This document shows positions 17,411-27,994 of a DNA stretch of 44,905 bases, piece after piece. The stretch lies in contig JAVCCJ010000085.1 of the NCBI GenBank assembly GCA_030765585.1, forward strand, positions 1 to 44,905, read 5' to 3'. The DNA comes from Candidatus Zapsychrus exili (lineage in GTDB: Bacteria > Omnitrophota > Gorgyraeia > Zapsychrales > Zapsychraceae). A model generated the notes under the pieces. That model ran no database searches. It was given only the letters and a program-made list of their open reading frames with translations, and was not told where the DNA came from. Position numbers and translations under genes: made by a program. Each line of letters starts with the position of its first letter. The first letter of the stretch is position 1.

Positions 17411-18200
17411 TTTTTTTACCAAATGTCATTTTTATTGTTCTGCCTTCTCCTAAATCTACAATAACATATTTCTTAAACACATTAACTTCCACAACCTTGC
17501 CTTTGCCTTCATCTGTGTTAATTTTTTCTCCTAGCTTAGGAAGAGATTTTGAAAGCTCTTTATAAACATTAAACTCATAAGACATACAACATTTAATACG
17601 ACCACAAGCACCTGAAATCCTTGAAGGATTTAAAGGTAGGCCTTGTTCTTTTGCCATCTTAACCGATAAAGGATGAAAATCCTTCATATAAGAAGAACAG
17701 CAAAGACCCTTTCCGCAAATTCCACACCCACCTATTATCTTTGCCTTATCTCTTACGCCTATCTGCCTTAATTCAATTCGAACACGAAACACCTTTGCCA
17801 AATCTTTTACCAAATTTCTAAAATCCACTCTACCTTCAGCAGTAAAAAAGAAAATAATCTTGCTACTATCAAAAGTATACTCAGCTTTTACTATTTGCAT
17901 CTGAAGCTTTCTATCTGTAATCTTCCTAATGCAAACACTAAAAGCATCTTTTGCTTTCGTTCTATTGTTCTCTATTTGTTTTAAATCGCCCTCTGTTGCT
18001 TTACGTAATATCTTGCCATTTATCTTTTGTTGCTTTTGCTCGTCTAATACAACATCAACATTAGAAACAACCTTGCCAAATTCAGAACCTCGAGAAACCT
18101 CTAAAATAACATAGTCTCCCCTAGAATATTCAATACCATTTAAATCATATAAAAAAACTGGCCTATACTCGCCTAGTTGTACCTCTATTATTTTTTCCAC
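17400..18200 (-). CDS. yaaT: PSP1-domain protein (YaaT/RicT family)
   Basis: GRVDFRNLVKDLA, RIELRQIGVRD, CGICGKGLCC and ISGACGRIKCC. Follows holB. Confidence 0.9.
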   Translation of the reverse strand: MEKIIEVQLGEYRPVFLYDLNGIEYSRGDYVILEVSRGSEFGKVVSNVDVVLDEQKQQKINGKILRKATEGDLKQIENNRTKAKDAFSVCIRKITDRKLQMQIVKAEYTFDSSKIIFFFTAEGRVDFRNLVKDLAKVFRVRIELRQIGVRDKAKIIGGCGICGKGLCCSSYMKDFHPLSVKMAKEQGLPLNPSRISGACGRIKCCMSYEFNVYKELSKSLPKLGEKINTDEGKGKVVEVNVFKKYVIVDLGEGRTIKMTFGKKNEQ

Positions 18201-19159
18201 AATCTCTCCTTTAATACCATCAATGGAATCTTAATATTAAGATTTTCCATGAACATTTTGTACATATTAACAACTTCTCTTTCTAATTCAAGAAGCTCCT
18301 CAAACGAAAAACATACCTCAAACTTTTTTAATTCCCTTAACCTATCTAAATTTATAAGACATTCATCCTCAACATCTAGCTTAAGTAACATAGAATCTCT
18401 TACCCAGCCCAATAAAATATCTAAAAATATTTTAGTTTTCTGTTTATTCTCTAAAATTTTCTTTAAAAATGCATCATCACCTTGCGAAAGAATAAAATTA
18501 TCAACAACAGAATTCTTAAAAATAAAAATTTTATCTTCTTTAAACTTTTGTACCTTGCCTAAACATCCTTCAGAAAAATATGCCAAAAAATGAGAATCTT
18601 CATTTGCCTTATAATTCTCAACAAGCCTATTTTTAAGTTTTGCCTTAGAGAACAATGGAAAATATACTGCATGACAACGAGATTTAATAGTATCTAAGTT
18701 CTTATCTAGAGCAGCTGTTGTTAAAAGCAATAAACTATTATTAGAAGGCTCCTCTAATGTCTTTAAAAGAGCATTTGCTGCCTCTATAGTTAGCCCTTCA
18801 ATGTTTCTAATAATAAAAACTTTAATAGTACTTTCAAAGGGTCTTAATTTAACCTGGCTTAAGACTCCGCGCACCTGATCTATTTTAATAGCCTCCCCGT
18901 AGTCATTATCAAGCAAATGTACATCTGCGTGATTACCTGAGTTTATCTTAAGACAAGCAGGACATTCATCGCAGAATATATTATTGTCGTCGGATAAATT
19001 TGCACAATTAACCAACTTTGCTATCGCAATTGCTGTCTGAGTTTTACCGGATCCAACTGAGCCAGAAAATAGGTAGGCATGCGCCAATCTTTCTTTCTTA
19101 AATAAAGTACTAAATCTTTTTACAATATCTCTATTTACTTTGACATTTTTCTGTAACAT
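18188..19159 (-). CDS. holB: DNA polymerase III delta' subunit
   Basis: AHAYLFSG..GKT, CDECPAC, AANALLKTLEEP and TIKSRC. Follows tmk. Confidence 0.92.
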   Translation of the reverse strand: MLQKNVKVNRDIVKRFSTLFKKERLAHAYLFSGSVGSGKTQTAIAIAKLVNCANLSDDNNIFCDECPACLKINSGNHADVHLLDNDYGEAIKIDQVRGVLSQVKLRPFESTIKVFIIRNIEGLTIEAANALLKTLEEPSNNSLLLLTTAALDKNLDTIKSRCHAVYFPLFSKAKLKNRLVENYKANEDSHFLAYFSEGCLGKVQKFKEDKIFIFKNSVVDNFILSQGDDAFLKKILENKQKTKIFLDILLGWVRDSMLLKLDVEDECLINLDRLRELKKFEVCFSFEELLELEREVVNMYKMFMENLNIKIPLMVLKERLWKK

Positions 19160-19162
19160 GAA

Positions 19163-19792
19163 TTACAAACCTAACAATTTCTCTATATATTTAACAATAA
19201 TTGTATGAATATCACCTTTAGCTTTATCCGAACAAATCACCTTAACCCGTTTAGATTCTTTATGCGCTATATCTAAAAATCCATTTCTTACTTTGTTATG
19301 ATAAGAAATTTCTCTTTTTTCTATTCTGTCTTTTTCCCCATTTATTCTTGCCAATCCCTTTTTAGCTTCTATATCAAAAACAAAAGTTAAGTCAGGCGTC
19401 ACTTCCTTTGTTGCAAATACACCTATTTTCTTAATCATAGAAATATCAACGCCATTACCATACCCTTGATAAGCTAAAGTAGAATCTAAGAAACGATCGC
19501 ATAAAACAATCTTTCCTTCTTTTAGTGCAGGCAATATCTTTTCATAAACAAGCTGAGCTCTTGCCGCCATATAAAGAAGAGTTTCACACTCATCAGACAT
19601 TTCTTTATTGTTTACATCTAAAAGTATCTTTCTTATTTTCTCGCTAATCTTAGCCCCACCTGGCTCGCGCAAAAATACAATACTTTTTTTATGGCTCTTT
19701 AAATATTTTTGTAATAACTTTATTTGCGTACTTTTCCCAGATCCCTCTGAACCTTCAAACGTAATAAATTTACCCTTTATAGCCTTCGCCAC
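19163..19792 (-). CDS. tmk: Thymidylate kinase
   Basis: FITFEGSEGSGKSTQ, REPGG and LCDRFLDSTLAYQG. Confidence 0.97.
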   Translation of the reverse strand: MAKAIKGKFITFEGSEGSGKSTQIKLLQKYLKSHKKSIVFLREPGGAKISEKIRKILLDVNNKEMSDECETLLYMAARAQLVYEKILPALKEGKIVLCDRFLDSTLAYQGYGNGVDISMIKKIGVFATKEVTPDLTFVFDIEAKKGLARINGEKDRIEKREISYHNKVRNGFLDIAHKESKRVKVICSDKAKGDIHTIIVKYIEKLLGL

Positions 19793-21159
19793 GTCTGTCC
19801 TCCTTTGCCATCTTCAACTATAATTCCTTGCTTCTTTAATTCATCTCGAATCTCATCAGAACGTTTGAAATCTTTATTCTTACGGGCCTCTATTCTGTCA
19901 TTAAGCAATTCCTCTAATTCCTTAGACACAACTTCTTCGTCTGACCTTTTAAAAGACTTAAGCCCAAAAACATCCAATATTGTTTCTATCAACTTTTTTA
20001 AACAGCATAAAGATTCTTCAGATTCTTTTTCTAATTCTTTATTACACTGGTGTATAACATCAAACAAAACAGACATTGCTTTTGGAGTATTAAAATCATC
20101 ATCCATGCTTTCTTCAAACTCCTCTAACCTTTGCTTTGCATATTCGCTAGTATCGCAAGAAGAGTATTTAACTGCCTTTAATTTATCGAGTAATATTGAT
20201 ATCTTTTCATAAACCTTTTTCATCTCTATCATTTTATCATCACTAAAATCAACGCTACTAGCATAATGCGACGATAAAAAAAGTAATTTTAAATAATCTG
20301 CCTTATATTTTATTAAGGCATCCTCTACTGTAATAAAATTACCTAAAGACTTTGCCATCTTCTGACCATCTATAGTCAGAAGTCCATGATGTATCCAATA
20401 ATTTGCAAAAGGTTTGCCAGTTAAAGCTTCAGATTGTGCTATTTCATTCTCATGATGCGGAAATATTAAGTCCCTACCACCAGCATGAATATCTAAAGTC
20501 TCACAACCAAGATATTTCATACTCATAACAGAACATTCAATGTGCCAACCTGGACGACCATCACCCCAAGGACTCTTCCAGGAAGGTTCGTCTTCTTTTG
20601 CCGCCTTCCAAAGAACAAAATCTAATGGATCTTTTTTCTTTAAATCTTTGTCAATTCTTACAGCTTCTTGCATTTTCTCAATACTTTGACCAGAAAGCTT
20701 ACCATAATCTTTAAATTGCCTTACGCTAAAATAAACATCACCATCTGACTCATATGCATATCCTTTTTCAATAAGTCCTTCTACATATTTAATCATTCCG
20801 TCTATATTTTCAGTTGCCCTTGGCTCTATATCAGCAAAATCTATGCCTAAGTTTTCAACATCTTTTCTATAAAGGCTTATATTTTCCTCTACGACCTCCT
20901 CAAATGTCTTATTTGACTCTTTTGCTTTATTTATAATCTTGTCATCAACATCTGTAATATTACGAATAAAATTAACCTTATATCCCCTATATTTAAGATA
21001 TTTCCGAATAACATCAAAGATATACAAGCTCCTAGCGTGACCTATATGGCATTTATCGTATACGGTTACTCCGCAAGAATACATATTTATAGTCTTATCA
21101 ACTATTGGCTTAAGCTCTTCTTTTGTCTTCGTTAACGAATTATTTATTTTAATTGTCAT
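19777..21159 (-). CDS. cysS: Cysteine--tRNA ligase
   Basis: [27 protein letters not shown] and KMAKS. Confidence 0.97.
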   Translation of the reverse strand: MTIKINNSLTKTKEELKPIVDKTINMYSCGVTVYDKCHIGHARSLYIFDVIRKYLKYRGYKVNFIRNITDVDDKIINKAKESNKTFEEVVEENISLYRKDVENLGIDFADIEPRATENIDGMIKYVEGLIEKGYAYESDGDVYFSVRQFKDYGKLSGQSIEKMQEAVRIDKDLKKKDPLDFVLWKAAKEDEPSWKSPWGDGRPGWHIECSVMSMKYLGCETLDIHAGGRDLIFPHHENEIAQSEALTGKPFANYWIHHGLLTIDGQKMAKSLGNFITVEDALIKYKADYLKLLFLSSHYASSVDFSDDKMIEMKKVYEKISILLDKLKAVKYSSCDTSEYAKQRLEEFEESMDDDFNTPKAMSVLFDVIHQCNKELEKESEESLCCLKKLIETILDVFGLKSFKRSDEEVVSKELEELLNDRIEARKNKDFKRSDEIRDELKKQGIIVEDGKGGQTWRRL

Positions 21160-21839
21160 TTTTGTTTTTCTTCCAGCTCCTTAAGTCTTTCTGTTATATC
21201 TTTTAAATCTTGCATTACAGGATCTAAAACATGAACATGATCCATATTAGAATCTATCTTTTTTCCGTCTTGTTTAGTCACATGCCCTGGAACACCAACA
21301 ACTGTTGTGTTGTCTGGCGCATCTTTTATTACAACAGCATTAGCTCCAATATAAGAATTAGAACCTATTTTTATGTTCCCTAAAATTTTAGCACCTGCAC
21401 CAACGACTATACTATCCCCTAAGGTTGGATGTCTTTTTCCTGTTTCTTTTCCTGTTCCACCTAATGTCACGCCTTGAAAAAGCGTTACATTGTTTCCAAT
21501 AATCGTTGTCTCTCCTATTACAACGCCCATGCCATGATCAATAAAAAGCCCTGATCCTATCGTAGCTCCTGGATGAATTTCAATGCCAGTAAAAAAACGT
21601 GTAATCTGAGACAAAATTCTTGCAAGAAATGTCAATTTCATATTCCAAAGCTTATTTGAAATACGATACATAATGAGCGCATGCAAGCCCGAATAAAGAA
21701 TTATTATTTGCAAATACCCTTTTGCTGCAGGATCCTTTTCTTGAGTTTCCTTAATTTCATTTGAAAAGAAAATAGCAACAATTAAAATCAAAGTAACAAT
21801 AATAGATAACATTACCATCAACATACTTAAAACTCCCAT
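21156..21839 (-). CDS. cysE: Serine O-acetyltransferase with an extra N-terminal hydrophobic helix
   Basis: KDPAA, TGIEIHPGA, FIDHGMGVVIGET, GVTLGGTGK and RHPTLG. Confidence 0.93.
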   Translation of the reverse strand: MGVLSMLMVMLSIIVTLILIVAIFFSNEIKETQEKDPAAKGYLQIIILYSGLHALIMYRISNKLWNMKLTFLARILSQITRFFTGIEIHPGATIGSGLFIDHGMGVVIGETTIIGNNVTLFQGVTLGGTGKETGKRHPTLGDSIVVGAGAKILGNIKIGSNSYIGANAVVIKDAPDNTTVVGVPGHVTKQDGKKIDSNMDHVHVLDPVMQDLKDITERLKELEEKQK

Positions 21840-21843
21840 AATA

Positions 21844-22329
21844 TCACCCCTCCTGCTTTGTTAATAAAACAGTTGCAAAAGCTGCAATTGCTTTTTTTTG
21901 TCCTATAGGTCCAAGACCTTCAAATGTAGTTGCTTTTATACCAACACAACTTTCAGCAATCCCGAGCTCAAATGCTATTTTTTCTTTTATTTGACCTTTA
22001 TATTGTGACAAATTCGGCTCCTCTGCCTGAACAACAGAATCAATATTTCCAATCAAATATCCATTTTCTTTCATAAAATTGTTTACGTAGCCCAAAAGTT
22101 TTATGCTTGATATATCTTTGTATTTCTCGTCAGTATCTGGAAAATGCTCACCAATATCGCCCTTACCTAATGCGCCTAAGATAGCATCACATATGGCATG
22201 CAAAAGAACATCAGCATCAGAATGGCCTTTAAGTCCTTTGTAATAAGGAATCTCAACGCCGCCTAAGAAAAGTTTTCTCTCATCTATAAGCTCATGTATA
22301 TCATATCCAATACCAGTTCTAAATTTCAT
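21844..22329 (-). CDS. ispF: 2-C-methyl-D-erythritol 2,4-cyclodiphosphate synthase
   Basis: GIGYDIH, GHSDADVLLHA, GDIGEHFPD and KATTFEGLG. Confidence 0.97.
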   Translation of the reverse strand: MKFRTGIGYDIHELIDERKLFLGGVEIPYYKGLKGHSDADVLLHAICDAILGALGKGDIGEHFPDTDEKYKDISSIKLLGYVNNFMKENGYLIGNIDSVVQAEEPNLSQYKGQIKEKIAFELGIAESCVGIKATTFEGLGPIGQKKAIAAFATVLLTKQEG

Positions 22330-22354
22330 ATCAAAACCTCTTAATCTTTCCCAT

Positions 22355-22464
22355 TTGTCATCCCAACCCCGCTTGTCATTCCCGCAAAAGCGGGAATCCA
22401 GAGGTTAATCAATACGTGGATCCCTGCTTTCGCAGGGATGACAACAAGAGAAACAGGAATGACA
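22355..22464. repeat. Inverted doublet of GTCAT-tagged REP-like palindromes with partial outer copies
   Basis: TTGTCATTCCCGCAAAAGCGGGAATCCA (22373-22400) faces TGGATCCCTGCTTTCGCAGGGATGACAA (22417-22444). Outer remnants TTGTCATCCC and CAGGAATGACA. Confidence 0.88.
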
Positions 22465-22468
22465 GTGA

Positions 22469-23137
22469 CTATAAAAAAGATTCAGCTATTTCTATATCTT
22501 CTTTAGTCGTTATTTTAATGTTCTTATAACTACCCTCTACAACTTTGACTTTAACGCCTATTTGTTCAACTAAAAAAGCATCATCTGTTGGAGCAGCATC
22601 GTTTAAATTATCATGTGCTTTTAAAATTATATCTTTCTTAAAAGCCTGTGGCGTCTGGACCTCCCAAAGCTCATTTCTCTTGAGTGTTGCATAAACAAAC
22701 AAATCTTCATCAACTCTTTTTATAGTCGGCTTGACACGAACAGCCGCTATGGCTGCACCATGTATTTTGGAGGCATCAATTACTTGGTTTATCAATTCTT
22801 GATCAATGAAAGGCCTAACTCCATCATGAACCAAAACAATATCTACATCTTGATCTAGTGTTTTAAGTCCATTCTTAACAGATTCAGAACGTGTCAAACC
22901 GCCTTCGACAATTTCTATTGTCTTTGAAAATGAACTCTTATCAACAATGCTTTTAAATTCATCAATATTTTCTTTACTTACAACAAGCACAATATTATTT
23001 ATAAGCGAATTCTTTTCAAGCGCTTCTAAAGTATAAATAAAAATTGGCTTGTCTTTAATTTTAATAAACGGCTTCAGGAGATCTGCTTGCATCCTTGTTC
23101 CTGATCCTGCCGTCGGTATAATAGCTACAACTTTCAC
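22469..23137 (-). CDS. ispD: 2-C-methyl-D-erythritol 4-phosphate cytidylyltransferase
   Basis: AGSGTRM, GGLTRSESV, VLVHDGVRP, VQTPQAF and NIKITT. GTG start. Confidence 0.96.
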   Translation of the reverse strand: MKVVAIIPTAGSGTRMQADLLKPFIKIKDKPIFIYTLEALEKNSLINNIVLVVSKENIDEFKSIVDKSSFSKTIEIVEGGLTRSESVKNGLKTLDQDVDIVLVHDGVRPFIDQELINQVIDASKIHGAAIAAVRVKPTIKRVDEDLFVYATLKRNELWEVQTPQAFKKDIILKAHDNLNDAAPTDDAFLVEQIGVKVKVVEGSYKNIKITTKEDIEIAESFL

Positions 23138-23146
23138 GATCTACCT

Positions 23147-24127
23147 CTATATTAATTCTGCAAAAATCATTTTACCTGTCTGTGTTTGAAGCACAGATGT
23201 TATTCTAACCCTTGCAGACTTTCCAATTAATGCACTAGCGTCACTAACAACAATCATGGTTCCATCATCCATATAAGCTATTGCCTGATGAGGCTCTCTG
23301 CCTTCTCTTATCAATTGAACATCCATCTCTTCACCTATAAAAACAGCAGGTCTTACAGCATTTGTAAGTTCGTTAATATTTAATATTTCTATCTTTTGCA
23401 AAGAAGCAACTTGTCCTAAATTATAATCTGTTGTACATATACTAGCTCCCATTATTTTAGCCAAAGTGATTAATTTAGTATCAACTGCCTGATCTTCATG
23501 TAAAGAACTATCCTCATGAATTCTTATACTTATTTTTGGATCCTCTTGCATTTTTTTAAGGAGTTCAAGACCTCTTCTGCCCTTTTGTCGCTTTATCTCA
23601 TCTTTAGAATCAGCAAGTTGCTGTAATTCTAATAAAACAAATTGAGGCACTATGATTTGTCCTGCTAAAAAGTTTGTTTTATAAATTTTTATAATTCTGC
23701 CATCAATAATAGCGCTTGTATCTAAAAGGATTGCATCTTCTTTCATATATTGTCGCCTAAATCTTACATAAGGAATAATTAAATTAAACTCATCTTTACC
23801 GCGAAGTGCCATTACAGCCCCTAAGTATGAGAAGATTAAAGTAATAACAATCCTAGATGTCGAAAGAATAAAATCTCCAAGAGGCAATAGTGCTAAAATA
23901 TCAGACAGCAATTTTGCCATAAAAATACCTAATAAGAATCCAAAAACCATAGCAGAAAGACCTCGTACAGATATTTTATGCAATCTTTGTTCTATAAAAA
24001 TTAAAAACAATCCACTCAAAAAACCAAGCTCGGCGCCAATTACTGGTTTTTGTAATAAAAACCCAATATAATAACCTACAAGACCACTAAGTGCTAAGAA
24101 GAAAGAACGTATAAACGACAATGTCAT
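23147..24127 (-). CDS. Membrane-anchored PIN/TRAM domain protein (YacL family)
   Basis: N-terminal TMs, PIN motifs LLDTSAIIDGRI and KGRRGL, TRAM motif YMDDGTMIVV...SVLQTQTGKMIFA. Sits between radA and ispD. Confidence 0.9.
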   Translation of the reverse strand: MTLSFIRSFFLALSGLVGYYIGFLLQKPVIGAELGFLSGLFLIFIEQRLHKISVRGLSAMVFGFLLGIFMAKLLSDILALLPLGDFILSTSRIVITLIFSYLGAVMALRGKDEFNLIIPYVRFRRQYMKEDAILLDTSAIIDGRIIKIYKTNFLAGQIIVPQFVLLELQQLADSKDEIKRQKGRRGLELLKKMQEDPKISIRIHEDSSLHEDQAVDTKLITLAKIMGASICTTDYNLGQVASLQKIEILNINELTNAVRPAVFIGEEMDVQLIREGREPHQAIAYMDDGTMIVVSDASALIGKSARVRITSVLQTQTGKMIFAELI

Positions 24128-24142
24128 AATTACCTCCGATAT

Positions 24143-25504
24143 CTATAAATGTTTTAATGCTTCTTTAACTGTTCCAACTGCTATTATTTCAATACCTTTT
24201 GTATCTATTTCTTTTTTAGATTTTAAGTTATTCTTAGGAATGATACATTTTTTAAAACCTAACTTCTGAGCTTCTGCTATACGCAAAGAAACCTGACTTA
24301 CACTGCGCACTTCCGAGGACAATCCAACTTCTCCAAAAACAGCAACTTCAGAATTCATTGGTTTGTCCAATAACGACGATGCAATTGAAACAGCTACTGC
24401 CAAATCAGCAGCTGGATCAATAATTTTAACTCCACCAACAACATTTAAAAAAACATCCTTATCCTGCAAATTAAGGTCTAATCTTTTTTCTAATACTGCA
24501 ATTAAAAGAGCTAGTCTGTTTGAATCGAATCCCTGAGCACGCTGCCTAACCATGCCAAAATTCGACCGAGTTACCAAACTTTGTATCTCAACTAAAAAAG
24601 GTCTAGTGCCTTCTATGATTGGAATGACAACAGAACCTGATGTGTTCTCTGGTCTTTCAGACAAAAATATTTCAGATGGATTCGAAACTTCAATCAACCC
24701 AGATGATGACATTTCAAAAACACCAATCTCATTCGTTGAACCAAAACGATTCTTTGTCGTCCTTAACACTCTATACGTGGAATAGCGCTCTCCTTCAAAA
24801 TAAAGCACAGTATCAACTATATGTTCTAAAACTCTTGGACCAGCTATCATACCTTCTTTAGTAACATGGCCAATAATAAACAAGGACATACCTTTTGATT
24901 TTGCCAGCTGGGTTAAAATCGAAGCACATTCTCTAACTTGGCTTACGCTTCCAGCTGATGAACTTAATTCAGGTTGATAAACAACTTGAATAGAATCAAT
25001 AATCACAACATCAGGCTTCATTTTATTTATGTATTCTAAAACAACATTAAGATCAACCTGATTTACCAGATAAAAAGACTTAGCCTGTTTCGCATTTAGT
25101 CTTTCGCCTCTCATCTTAGTTTGCTGAACAGATTCTTCGCCACTTACATATAATACTTTAAATTCTTTCTGACTTAGCGCATATGCTATCTGAAGAGATA
25201 GCGTTGATTTTCCAATCCCTGGATCTCCGCCAATCAATGTTACAGATCCTGGCACAACACCTCCGCCCATAACACTATCAAATTCTTTTATTCCAGTCGT
25301 ATATCTAGATTGTTCATCAAGCGATATATCTCCAAGAAGAACAGGTTCGTCCGTAAATACACTATCACTTCTTTTGTTTATTGCAAAACTAGTCGCCTCT
25401 TCAACAAATGAATTCCAGCTATTACAGCTTGTACATTTCCCAATCCATCTTGGAGACTGCGATCCACAATTCTGACAAACAAAAATAGTCTTAGTCTTTA
25501 CCAT
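24143..25504 (-). CDS. radA: DNA repair protein RadA/Sms
   Basis: C4 zinc finger, GGDPGIGKST, KNRFG and a Lon-like C-terminus. Confidence 0.97.
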   Translation of the reverse strand: MVKTKTIFVCQNCGSQSPRWIGKCTSCNSWNSFVEEATSFAINKRSDSVFTDEPVLLGDISLDEQSRYTTGIKEFDSVMGGGVVPGSVTLIGGDPGIGKSTLSLQIAYALSQKEFKVLYVSGEESVQQTKMRGERLNAKQAKSFYLVNQVDLNVVLEYINKMKPDVVIIDSIQVVYQPELSSSAGSVSQVRECASILTQLAKSKGMSLFIIGHVTKEGMIAGPRVLEHIVDTVLYFEGERYSTYRVLRTTKNRFGSTNEIGVFEMSSSGLIEVSNPSEIFLSERPENTSGSVVIPIIEGTRPFLVEIQSLVTRSNFGMVRQRAQGFDSNRLALLIAVLEKRLDLNLQDKDVFLNVVGGVKIIDPAADLAVAVSIASSLLDKPMNSEVAVFGEVGLSSEVRSVSQVSLRIAEAQKLGFKKCIIPKNNLKSKKEIDTKGIEIIAVGTVKEALKHL

Positions 25505-25517
25505 TTATCCTTTATCC

Positions 25518-26234
25518 TTAATTCTTACTTTCTTTTGGTCTATAAAGCAACTTCCACGGATTTTCTTTTAAATCAGAAGAAAGCTCTTGTAAATCATCAT
25601 AAATACTGTCATCTTGGAGAAACTTTCCAACAGTACCTTTTCCTTCTTCTAAACTCTTTGCAATGCTATCAAAATTACTTGTCATAGAGCTTACGTTGGC
25701 TAATATCTCGCTAATTGAAGCTGTATTCTTTTCGCTATTAATTATCTCATCTATCCCAGAAACAACGCTCTCTACCTTTTTAGATACTTGCATTATCCTA
25801 TCAGAGATAGCAGACTGAGAAATAGGCTCTTTTCCAACTATTATCTGGCCCTCTGAAATAAACTTTTCCGTTTCTATGCCAGGAGTTATCTCGACGTATT
25901 TCTCTCCCATAAGACCTAAATGATTTACCATAACAATGGAGTCGGCTGGCACTTGTGTTGCTTCTTTAACCCACAGTTTGACTTCTGCCTTGGTTCTTCC
26001 ATCTTGCCTGTCAAAAAACAGATTAATATCTTTGACTATACCTTCATCTACCCCAGCAATTCTTACTGGAGCACTTTTCTTTAGGCCATTTGCAAAACTA
26101 AATACAACTTTTAACGTTTTGCCTTTAGCAAACACTGAAGAATCAGTAACAGAAAAAACAAATGCTGCTAAACAAATAAAAGCTACTATTACAAATAAAC
26201 CAACTTTAAATTCAAGCTTAGATACTTTTTGCAT
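25518..26234 (-). CDS. mlaD: MCE/MlaD family protein with helical C-terminal extension
   Basis: KVGLFV TM, ANGLKKSAPVRIAGV, GLMGEKYVEITPG and tail GTVGKFL...DLKENPWKLL. Confidence 0.85.
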   Translation of the reverse strand: MQKVSKLEFKVGLFVIVAFICLAAFVFSVTDSSVFAKGKTLKVVFSFANGLKKSAPVRIAGVDEGIVKDINLFFDRQDGRTKAEVKLWVKEATQVPADSIVMVNHLGLMGEKYVEITPGIETEKFISEGQIIVGKEPISQSAISDRIMQVSKKVESVVSGIDEIINSEKNTASISEILANVSSMTSNFDSIAKSLEEGKGTVGKFLQDDSIYDDLQELSSDLKENPWKLLYRPKESKN

Positions 26235-26266
26235 AAGTCTCTCCTATAATTTTTACTTTTAATATT

Positions 26267-27040
26267 TTATTCTGCGTGACCAAATACCAAATTCTCTCCA
26301 TCAGTAATAGGTCCACGCGCATCGCCACTAATAAATTGCCTTATAACAGGATGCTTTGTATGTCTAATTTCATCAACTGTTCCTTGCGCTATAATTTGCC
26401 CATGATAAAACATAGCAATAGAATTAGCCACCTTATAGGCTGAATTCATGTCGTGAGTAACAACAATTGATGTAACATTAAGTTTCTTAGACAGATCAAC
26501 AATCAAATTATTTATAGCATCAGCAGTAATCGGATCTACTCCTGTTGTGGGCTCATCATAAAAAATAATTTTTGGCTCCATACACAAAACCCTTGCTAAA
26601 CTAACACGCTTTTTCATTCCACCACTTAATTCTGCTGGCATCATTTTTTCTATATCCTGAAGGCCTACCAATAATAATGAATCTCTTACCTTGTCTCTTA
26701 CAATAGATGGGTCTAAATTCATAAACTCATTTAATACAAACGCTACGTTTTCTTCAACATTCATAGAGTCAAAAAGTGCTCCTCCTTGAAAAACCATGCC
26801 CATATCCATACGAATCTTATTATATTCTTTCTCTTCTAACGTCGTTACTTCCTCACCTCTTATTTTTATAGAGCCCGCATCTGGAGACATAAGCCCAACA
26901 ATGCACTTTAAAAGCACACTTTTTCCTGCACCAGAACGGCCTATAATTACCATTGTCTCGCCTTCTTTAACTGTTAAATCAAGATTGCTAAAGATAATGT
27001 TATTCTCAAACGATTTACATAAATTACTTATTTCTATCAT
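26267..27040 (-). CDS. mlaF: MlaF/Mkl-type ABC transporter ATPase
   Basis: GRSGAGKS, FQGGALFDSM, ELSGGMKKRV and YDEPTTGVDP. Confidence 0.9.
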   Translation of the reverse strand: MIEISNLCKSFENNIIFSNLDLTVKEGETMVIIGRSGAGKSVLLKCIVGLMSPDAGSIKIRGEEVTTLEEKEYNKIRMDMGMVFQGGALFDSMNVEENVAFVLNEFMNLDPSIVRDKVRDSLLLVGLQDIEKMMPAELSGGMKKRVSLARVLCMEPKIIFYDEPTTGVDPITADAINNLIVDLSKKLNVTSIVVTHDMNSAYKVANSIAMFYHGQIIAQGTVDEIRHTKHPVIRQFISGDARGPITDGENLVFGHAE

Positions 27041-27067
27041 TACAAAATAAGCGCTTTGCGCATTATT

Positions 27068-27154
27068 GATTACAAAGATTAATAATAAGATTACAGCGAT
27101 TAAAAGCTTTGGTTAATCTAATCTCTGGAATCTTTTCTCAAAATCACTGTAATC
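27068..27154. repeat. Four-unit GATTAC repeat cassette (2 direct plus 2 inverted), copy 1
   Basis: GATTACAAAGATT (27068), GATTACAGCGATT (27089), AATCTCTGGAATC (27120), AATCACTGTAATC (27142). Confidence 0.75.
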
Positions 27155-27161
27155 GATGTTG

Positions 27162-27947
27162 TTAGACATCAAACACAAAATAAAACATTGTTGTAAAAAT
27201 ACAATCTGCCATGATAATTAAAATAAACGAAATAACCACTGATGCAGTTGTAGCTTTGCCAACGCCTTCGGCACCTGCCTTGACGTTTAGCCCCTGATGA
27301 CACCCAACTAAAGCTATAATACCCCCAAAAAAGAAAGTTTTAATAAGACCTGTCACTATGTCTTTAACCGTAAGCGACTGAATTATCATTGTAAAATAAA
27401 GCGATGGACTTAAACCCAATTTGTTAACGCATATAACAAATCCACCAAGTATACCTATAATGTCTGCAAAAATTGCAAGAACTGGCAACATAACAATCAA
27501 AGCTAAAAAACGAGGAACAACCAAATATTTTATAGGATTAACAGCAAATGCTTTTAGCGCCTCTACTTGCTCTGTCACTGTCATTGTACCAAGCTCTGCA
27601 GTAATACCTGCTCCAACGCGTCCTGCAACGATAAGAGCAGTTAACACTGGGGCAAGCTCTCTAGTTAATGATACAGAGACTACGCTTGGTATATATATTT
27701 CAGCAGATAATTTTGTCATTTGACCTGCCATTTGAAGAGACATAATTACACCAATGAAAAATGCTATCAAGGCAGAAATCATAAAACTATCAGGACCAAC
27801 TTTTTTAGATTGAATTAAAATACGCTGCATCTTAAGAGGCGGCATAAAAACCCAATAAATAGTCTTACCAAGCAAGATTGACATATCGCCAACATTGCAA
27901 ACAAAATTAAATATAGCTGTACTGGAATAAATAAATAATCTCGACAT
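27162..27947 (-). CDS. mlaE: MlaE-type ABC transporter permease
   Basis: RELAPVLTALIVAGRVGAGITAELGTM, YLVVPR and GAEGVGKATT. Confidence 0.92.
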   Translation of the reverse strand: MSRLFIYSSTAIFNFVCNVGDMSILLGKTIYWVFMPPLKMQRILIQSKKVGPDSFMISALIAFFIGVIMSLQMAGQMTKLSAEIYIPSVVSVSLTRELAPVLTALIVAGRVGAGITAELGTMTVTEQVEALKAFAVNPIKYLVVPRFLALIVMLPVLAIFADIIGILGGFVICVNKLGLSPSLYFTMIIQSLTVKDIVTGLIKTFFFGGIIALVGCHQGLNVKAGAEGVGKATTASVVISFILIIMADCIFTTMFYFVFDV

Positions 27948-27994
27948 AAATTAAATAAACTCGCCTTTATTGTTTTAATGGCTCGTAACTATTC

